Shown: one piece after another, positions 58,512 through 64,000 of the stretch
Layout: every line of letters begins with the position of its first letter
Position numbering within the stretch: the stretch's first letter is position 1
Program-made: the position numbers and the translations under genes
Notes under the pieces: generated by a model
Seen by the model: the letters and a program-made list of their open reading frames with translations, nothing else
What the model was told of the DNA's origin: nothing
The model's database searches: none
Origin: a virus
Lineage: Duplodnaviria; Caudoviricetes
Strand: one strand, 5' to 3'
Length of the DNA: 64,000 nt
Virus record (IMG/VR): IMGVR_UViG_3300014826_000002
Span: 25,182-89,181 of that record

Positions 58512-60238
58512 TTCAATATATCCTCTCCCAAGGACTTCATCTTAGGGTCATTATTCATGAGCACTTTAAAAGCTGTCTTCCAGTAGCTTCTAAAATAACA
58601 TTCCCTTATCTTCCCTTGTCTTATATAATCCTTATTATACCAAACTACACTTTCATTATTCTCATAAGAACCATTCTCAAAAAGTTCTGAATTACCAAAT
58701 TCAGCTTCTTCCAGTGTAGGTGTATCTAAGAATCTATTAAGCACTTCTATACAATCATTATAAGGTATCTCTATACCTTCGTTTAGAATATCTCGTGCTC
58801 CTTTAAGAACTCCCCTAATTAATTCTTTGGTTATGTCTTTACGATACTTGGTATCTCTATTCAGAATAGGTTTTCCTTCTTCATTGTAAGTAACTACAGT
58901 TCCATTAGGTTCTGAGAATATAACTTCTACAATCCCTGTGTATGCTCTTAATGAACCTTTAGGTAAATAAGACGTTTTCTCTTCTTGTACTCCTTGAAAG
59001 TAATTTCTAGAATCAAAGGTATGTATATACCTTCCCTTAAGCTTAATTCCTGTAATATTTCTGATTATACTCTGCATTGAACCAAAATGACCTAAGTCCA
59101 CAAATATATCCCCATCTTTCATTCCTAAAGATGTGATATATTTCTTAAAGTTCTTTCTGGCAGCTCTCGCCTTCTCATATAAGTCACTCTGTATTAAAGT
59201 AACAAATTGCTGAACAATACTATTCTTATTTGACTTAAAATTCAGGGGAGAATCTATTCTAATTCCAATCTTCTGCAGCTCATTAGAATAGTCTCCTTTC
59301 AAATCAAACATATCTATAAAATCCTTTATAGTCTCTAATCTCAATGTCTTAAAGAAATTCATAGCTTTAATATTATAAGAGCTATCTATCTTCTGATTTA
59401 CATTAATATTAGGGAAGTGACATGACTTACGGCTAAACCTACAGTACTTAATTCTCTTATTGAACTTAATAAGCCACCTAGCTATCAAGTACATAGGAAA
59501 ACAATCACGTGCATTAAAAAATATGATTTGATTATCCGCAGCCTCGTCGAGAAGTTTCTTAGTAAAGGCTAATATTAAAGGAGAAAATATATACCCTATC
59601 TTCTTCTCTATAGAATCAGAACTCAACTCCTCATCAATAAGAAGCTTACGTAACTTAACATTCTGTAATAAAGGAGTTCTAACTTCTCTTTTATAAATAG
59701 GAGGTCCTATAAAGCTCGTAGTTTCTATACCAGCTCTAGAAGCTCCTAGAATATCTGCGTGGTAGTTATCCCCTATGTGAGTGTCTATCTTCCTTTGTAA
59801 GATATCTTCTACCTTTTGAAATAACTTTCCGCTTCCCTTAAGCGCTCCTAACTCACAAGATACAAAAACTTGAGGATTCTTATAACCGCAACGTTCAAGC
59901 ATGCTTCTAATTACAGAACTAGGTAAGTACATATCTGATATAAATATAAAGTCACTTTCACCTTTATTATATAAATCTAAGATGTATGGATTGGGTTTAC
60001 AGTTAAGTAGTTCTGCCTTAATTTCTTCTTTAGGATTAAAAGATGGCTTAATTTCCTTATAAATATCTACTAGGTTATAAAATATACTCTTCTTCCTAGC
60101 AGCATCTTGGGCTTGTATTCGACGCGCTTTAAAGTTATTTCCTACTACATCTTCTACTAAATTAAATATATCTGTAGGATTAAAAACTTTCCTAAATATG
60201 GCTGTGTCAAATACATCCAAACTAACTAAGGACTTCAC
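58508..60238 (-). CDS. Bifunctional HAD phosphatase plus phosphoribosyltransferase-like protein (candidate ribofuranosyltransferase)
   Basis: HAD motifs DVFDT, SDMY, K.SG.LF, HIGDN..AD; C-terminal ARDC, SR and a PRPP-loop-like FVDLGHFGSMQ. Confidence 0.72.
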   Translation of the reverse strand: MKSLVSLDVFDTAIFRKVFNPTDIFNLVEDVVGNNFKARRIQAQDAARKKSIFYNLVDIYKEIKPSFNPKEEIKAELLNCKPNPYILDLYNKGESDFIFISDMYLPSSVIRSMLERCGYKNPQVFVSCELGALKGSGKLFQKVEDILQRKIDTHIGDNYHADILGASRAGIETTSFIGPPIYKREVRTPLLQNVKLRKLLIDEELSSDSIEKKIGYIFSPLILAFTKKLLDEAADNQIIFFNARDCFPMYLIARWLIKFNKRIKYCRFSRKSCHFPNINVNQKIDSSYNIKAMNFFKTLRLETIKDFIDMFDLKGDYSNELQKIGIRIDSPLNFKSNKNSIVQQFVTLIQSDLYEKARAARKNFKKYITSLGMKDGDIFVDLGHFGSMQSIIRNITGIKLKGRYIHTFDSRNYFQGVQEEKTSYLPKGSLRAYTGIVEVIFSEPNGTVVTYNEEGKPILNRDTKYRKDITKELIRGVLKGARDILNEGIEIPYNDCIEVLNRFLDTPTLEEAEFGNSELFENGSYENNESVVWYNKDYIRQGKIRECYFRSYWKTAFKVLMNNDPKMKSLGEDILK

Positions 60239-60331
60239 TACTCTCTCCCTAAATTCTATTACTATTACAGAATTTAATAAAACTTATAATATTATTCTAT
60301 CATATATTCTGGAAGTTGTCAAAAATTAAGA

Positions 60332-60526
60332 TTAATCAAAATAATTATATGTAAGACCGTTCTTACTAGCATATCTACTACGTCTTCTAAAATAATCATA
60401 GTTATATATACGACCATTCCAACTAGGTCTGCTAAAATTTGCGTCTCTGTTAGAATCCCTATTCTTAAAAGGAGCTAGAAATACACCTACTACCTTATCT
60501 ACTATTGCTTTTAATAATACTTTCAT
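60332..60526 (-). CDS. Small peptide, copy 2 (64 aa)
   Basis: AAGGAG RBS; TTGACA-N17-TAGAAT at 60573-60601. Confidence 0.75.
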   Translation of the reverse strand: MKVLLKAIVDKVVGVFLAPFKNRDSNRDANFSRPSWNGRIYNYDYFRRRSRYASKNGLTYNYFD

Positions 60527-60610
60527 ATAATAATCTCCTTTATATAAAAATTATACCTTCATTTATAATATTATTCTATCATATATTCTGGAAGTTGTCA
60601 AAAATTAAGA

Positions 60611-60790
60611 TTAATCAAAATAATGATAATGATATGTACGACCATTCTTACCACGAACTGTAACATTACGTCCACTAAAAGTTGTGCCCCTACTAGAATC
60701 CCTATTCTTAAAAGGAGCTAGAAATACACCTACTACCTTATCGGCTATTAACAATCCTAATAAAAGTAATGCTGTTAATAATACTTCCAT
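60611..60790 (-). CDS. Small membrane peptide, copy 1 (59 aa, not in ORF track)
   Basis: MEVLLTALLLLGLLIADKVVGVFLAPFKNRDSSRGTTFSGRNVTVRGKNGRTYHYHYFD; AAGGAG RBS; TTGACA-N18-TATAAT. Confidence 0.8.
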   Translation of the reverse strand: MEVLLTALLLLGLLIADKVVGVFLAPFKNRDSSRGTTFSGRNVTVRGKNGRTYHYHYFD

Positions 60791-60851
60791 ATAATAATCT
60801 CCTTTATATAAAGATTATACCTTATCTAGATATCTAATGTCAAGGTTAAAT

Positions 60852-60884
60852 AAAAAAATAAATCCCTCGAAATGAGGGATTTAT
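60852..60884 (-). terminator. Rho-independent terminator after the major capsid gene
   Basis: ataaatccctc-N5-gagggatttat followed by a U-tract on the minus strand. Confidence 0.85.
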
Positions 60885-60910
60885 TCTTATATGAAAATGG
60901 CTTCCACCTA

Positions 60911-62530
60911 TTATTCACCAAGTACAGCATCGATGTCTGTAATAGTGTATTTAGCAGCCAATCTTTCAGCAACAACTGTACCTGCAGCAGAAGCAATCAA
61001 TTGTTTTCTGTTAACAGCCAAGTTGTCTTGATCGAAGATGTCTCTGATGATAGGAAGAATGAAAGTACCCCAACAATAAGGAGTTAAGAAGTCTTTATTC
61101 TTAGATTTGTAGATACCTATAACTTCACCAGATGTCAAGATTGGGTCATAACCAACGATAACAGGCATTCCGTCATACAAACCAGCTAGGTACATACCAC
61201 CCATAACTTCTTCAAAGTCAGCATTAGAAGCTGTAAATTTCGGAAGAGCTCTGATGATAGGTAATACGTCAATATTGATAACCAATGCTGACAATCTGTT
61301 ATTACCGATACCTGAAGCTGCTGTGATTAATTTACCTAAGTTACCCATTACAACAGAGATGAACTGAACGTTGAACAAGTCATTGTTTCCACCAGTAACT
61401 TTATCCAATGAATGAGATTTAACTGATTCAGCAGGAATTTTAGCTTTGATTTCAGCAACGATTTTGTTACCAACTTCTTTGTTGTATAATGCAGCCAAAG
61501 CTTCATCTACTTGAGAGTTCCAATCTAAACCAAAGATTGCTTTAGAAAGTGCTTCTTGGTAGATAGAAGTTTCAGTGAATACTGAGAAATCTTCTGCTTC
61601 AAGTTGTTTAGATTCCAAAGAAACTTGAGCACGAGCCATGTTAGCTTTTCCGCCTTCGATAGTTTCAATGTCTCTAGCATATGTAGCATAGATTTTATTA
61701 CCTGATTGAGCTGAAGCTTCAGCCAATTCAATTGTGATTTCACCAGTTTTAAGGTTAGCTGTAGCTTTACCCAAATCTCCACCGATAGAGTAAAGAGCAA
61801 CTACTTCAGGATTACCTTCTTGAGCGAAATCTTTGAAGTATCCTTCCATACCTTCAACATTGATAACCAAAGAACCAGCTTGGATTGGGTGATATTGTAA
61901 TGTGTAAGTGAATGATGTTTCACCAGAACCCATTGTAGCTACTTCTTCTTTTTCAATATTTTTAGTACCAACGAAATCAAGAGGTTGTTTACTCATTTCT
62001 TTCGGAGAACCTAACAAGTCGCCAGCTTCAATATTACCTTTTGCATTTTCAGCATTGATTTTTTGGTAATAAACTAAACCACGGTTTCCTTTAAGGTCGA
62101 ATTGGTGACACAAATAAGGAAGAACTGCTTTTTCGTATTGATAAGTTGTCAAAGCAATTGATGGAACTGGGTAAGGAGCTTGAGCTGTTGTAGCTGGGTT
62201 AAGAGCTTCTGAAATAGCCCAGAAGTTATTTTCACCAGAAATTTCTCTACCAATTGATTCGTCCAATTTAACAGCTTTAGCGTCTCTTCTGATTGCATTC
62301 GCGTAATCAGCTGAGTTGTAGTTTTCAGAAACCAATGAAACTGCTTCCATTAATTCTGAGAATGAGAAACCAGATACTTTGTTATAGTCAGTATCTAAAA
62401 GTCTTTCAACGATAGGAGCAAATTTGTCCAAGTCGCTGAAGCGAGCGTTATGATAGTGTAATCTATCTCCGCCGTTTGATCTAAGTAAAAATTCTTTTTT
62501 TACTTGTTCTAAGTTGTTGAATTTTGCCAT
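60911..62530 (-). CDS. Major capsid protein (T4 gp23-like)
   Basis: 539 aa between scaffold and terminator; distinct highly-expressed codon usage; long N-terminal propeptide-like region; gp23-like YAGLYDG/IVGY/PY region. Confidence 0.85.
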   Translation of the reverse strand: MAKFNNLEQVKKEFLLRSNGGDRLHYHNARFSDLDKFAPIVERLLDTDYNKVSGFSFSELMEAVSLVSENYNSADYANAIRRDAKAVKLDESIGREISGENNFWAISEALNPATTAQAPYPVPSIALTTYQYEKAVLPYLCHQFDLKGNRGLVYYQKINAENAKGNIEAGDLLGSPKEMSKQPLDFVGTKNIEKEEVATMGSGETSFTYTLQYHPIQAGSLVINVEGMEGYFKDFAQEGNPEVVALYSIGGDLGKATANLKTGEITIELAEASAQSGNKIYATYARDIETIEGGKANMARAQVSLESKQLEAEDFSVFTETSIYQEALSKAIFGLDWNSQVDEALAALYNKEVGNKIVAEIKAKIPAESVKSHSLDKVTGGNNDLFNVQFISVVMGNLGKLITAASGIGNNRLSALVINIDVLPIIRALPKFTASNADFEEVMGGMYLAGLYDGMPVIVGYDPILTSGEVIGIYKSKNKDFLTPYCWGTFILPIIRDIFDQDNLAVNRKQLIASAAGTVVAERLAAKYTITDIDAVLGE

Positions 62531-62584
62531 TTGTTTTCACTCCATTTTAATATTATCTTGTGTTTACTTTTCTTAACTAATTCA

Positions 62585-62594
62585 ATAATTTAAT
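62585..62594 (-). promoter_or_regulatory. Late promoter motif ATTAAATTAT upstream of the capsid gene
   Basis: The same motif recurs upstream of most structural genes (see findings). Confidence 0.7.
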
Positions 62595-62656
62595 ATTATT
62601 TATTAAATTAATCGAAATTGAAGACAGGGAGAGGGTTTTAACCTCCCCGCCTAAAA

Positions 62657-63625
62657 TTATAAGTTAGGGAATAATGTGAAAGCTCTATTTGCTTTCTTCT
62701 CTTCCTTAGCTTCTTCTACTGATTCAGAAACAGAAGCAAATGCTGAATAAGCTTTAGCTATCTTTGTTCTTTTAACAGGAGCTTCCTCAACAGCTTCTTC
62801 AGTAATTTCAGATACTCCTTCAGCAATCTGGTCAGCTGTTTCTTCTAAAGATTCATGAGCTTCTTCATAATCTTTATCTTCGTCTTTTTCTTCTTCTTTT
62901 TCTTCAGCTTTATGCTTTTTAGCTTTTTCTTCTTCTTTTTCAGCTTTTTCTTCTTTGCCTTCGGCTTTGTCTTCGTCAGCTTTTTCTTCGTCTTCTTGTG
63001 CTTCTACTTCTTTTACTTTCTTTTCTTCTTTAGCACGTTCAGCTTTGTCTTCTTCATCGCCTTTGGCTTCCATTTCGATTTCGTCATCGCAGCCTTCTTC
63101 TACTGTTTCTTCAGCGGCTTCTTCGATGATTTTTTCAGCAACTAATTTTGCGTATTCTTCTTTCAAAGCATCAAAATCAGATTTCATAGCTGAGGTTTGT
63201 TCATAAGCTTCTTTGACCAAAGAAAGTAAAGTAACAAGAGCTTCTTGAACATCGAGTTCTTCAGCTTCTTCAGAAGATTCTTCAGCTTCATTAGCTTTTT
63301 CCACTTCTACTTCATCTTCGGCTTTGTCTTTACAAGTGCATTTGCCTTCTTCACAAGAGCAACCTTCAGCAACTGCGTTGTAACCACCTTCGTTAGCTTT
63401 AGGATCAGTAGGAGCTTTCTTTTCGTCTTCAGCTTCAGCTTCTGGCTCTTCATGTTTGATAGGGCAAGCTGCTTCTTCGACTCTTTCTTCTTCTTGCATT
63501 TCTTCTTCTCCTTCTAGTACTACATCTTCGTCAGCTAACTTTTCTGTAACTGATTTAACAACCTCTTGGTCTACACCAGCTAAGTCAAGTAGTTCGCCAA
63601 CTTTTTTCATTAAATCGTTTTTCAT
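62657..63625 (-). CDS. Acidic prohead scaffold/core protein
   Basis: Very Glu/Asp-rich coiled-coil protein immediately upstream of the capsid gene. Confidence 0.75.
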   Translation of the reverse strand: MKNDLMKKVGELLDLAGVDQEVVKSVTEKLADEDVVLEGEEEMQEEERVEEAACPIKHEEPEAEAEDEKKAPTDPKANEGGYNAVAEGCSCEEGKCTCKDKAEDEVEVEKANEAEESSEEAEELDVQEALVTLLSLVKEAYEQTSAMKSDFDALKEEYAKLVAEKIIEEAAEETVEEGCDDEIEMEAKGDEEDKAERAKEEKKVKEVEAQEDEEKADEDKAEGKEEKAEKEEEKAKKHKAEEKEEEKDEDKDYEEAHESLEETADQIAEGVSEITEEAVEEAPVKRTKIAKAYSAFASVSESVEEAKEEKKANRAFTLFPNL

Positions 63626-63631
63626 GAATTT

Positions 63632-64000
63632 CTATCCTCTTCTATTTACTTTATTTATTAGATTTTTTGAGACATAAATTAATTTTTCTCCAATTTCTTT
63701 TTCATCCCAATCTAAAACATCAAAAAATCCATCATTTTCATGTAATTTTAATTTTTTTTTATTAATATTTCCTAAAGTTATACTTTTTATCATAGCATGT
63801 TTGGTTTTCATATCAGGCATAGGTTTACCTATTGCATCAGCCATTTTTTTATATATTTCTTTATAAAAATCAACATTACTTTTTGCATTCTTCAAATCTT
63901 TTTTACCTGGCTGTTCTAGAGAAAATAAAATAATTATATTTTGTAGAGAATTAATTATTTCTTCTTCTGGAGTTGATGCACTTTTTTTTTTTGATTGTAT
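63632..64000 (-). CDS. Hypothetical protein, partial (5' end outside the window)
   Basis: The frame of ORF 63632..63895 stays open to 64000 (IQSKKKSASTPEEEIINSLQNII...). Confidence 0.65.
   Translation of the reverse strand: MQSKKKSASTPEEEIINSLQNIIILFSLEQPGKKDLKNAKSNVDFYKEIYKKMADAIGKPMPDMKTKHAMIKSITLGNINKKKLKLHENDGFFDVLDWDEKEIGEKLIYVSKNLINKVNRRG

Larger units (their letters stand above)
60284..60815. repeat. Tandem duplication of a small gene plus promoter unit
   Basis: 62-bp identity 60284-60345 = 60563-60624; 49-bp identity 60451-60499 = 60694-60742; duplicated RBS catataataatctcctttatataaa. Confidence 0.93.

Noticed and set aside
60284-60624. CRISPR or mini-array from the 62-bp direct repeat
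   Set aside because: Only two copies, containing a promoter and the 3' end of a gene; explained by tandem gene duplication.

Overview
A 64-kb segment of a large, AT-rich, lytic T4-like (myovirus-type) phage genome. It uses the standard genetic code, is densely coding and lies almost entirely on the minus strand. NrdD/NrdG and a TIGR03905-like protein suggest an anaerobic host (inference). Left half: replication and metabolism, with a family A DNA polymerase in two genes around a Hef-like homing endonuclease, a stand-alone primase zinc finger, GroEL/GroES, NrdD/G, DnaB, AdoMetDC, dNMP kinase, GlyA, ThyX, CoaD, two orphan methyltransferases and an SNF2-type helicase split into two genes 9.3 kb apart. 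Right half: morphogenesis (baseplate, tape measure, tube, sheath, neck, major capsid protein, scaffold). Top observations: (1) an operon beside the capsid gene encoding a likely PRPP-dependent ribofuranosyltransferase, a GT99/GT107-like beta-Kdo transferase and a (Asp-Thr)n repeat protein, possibly a phage capsule-like glycosylation system; (2) a split polymerase whose halves carry catalytically dead split-intein remnants; (3) a second, P22-coat-like capsid protein among non-structural genes; (4) the split helicase; (5) a likely programmed frameshift in the gp26/gp51-like chaperone locus; (6) a late promoter motif ATTAAATT, three copies of which have a fixed leaderless geometry. All family assignments are by-eye motif recognition, with no database searches.
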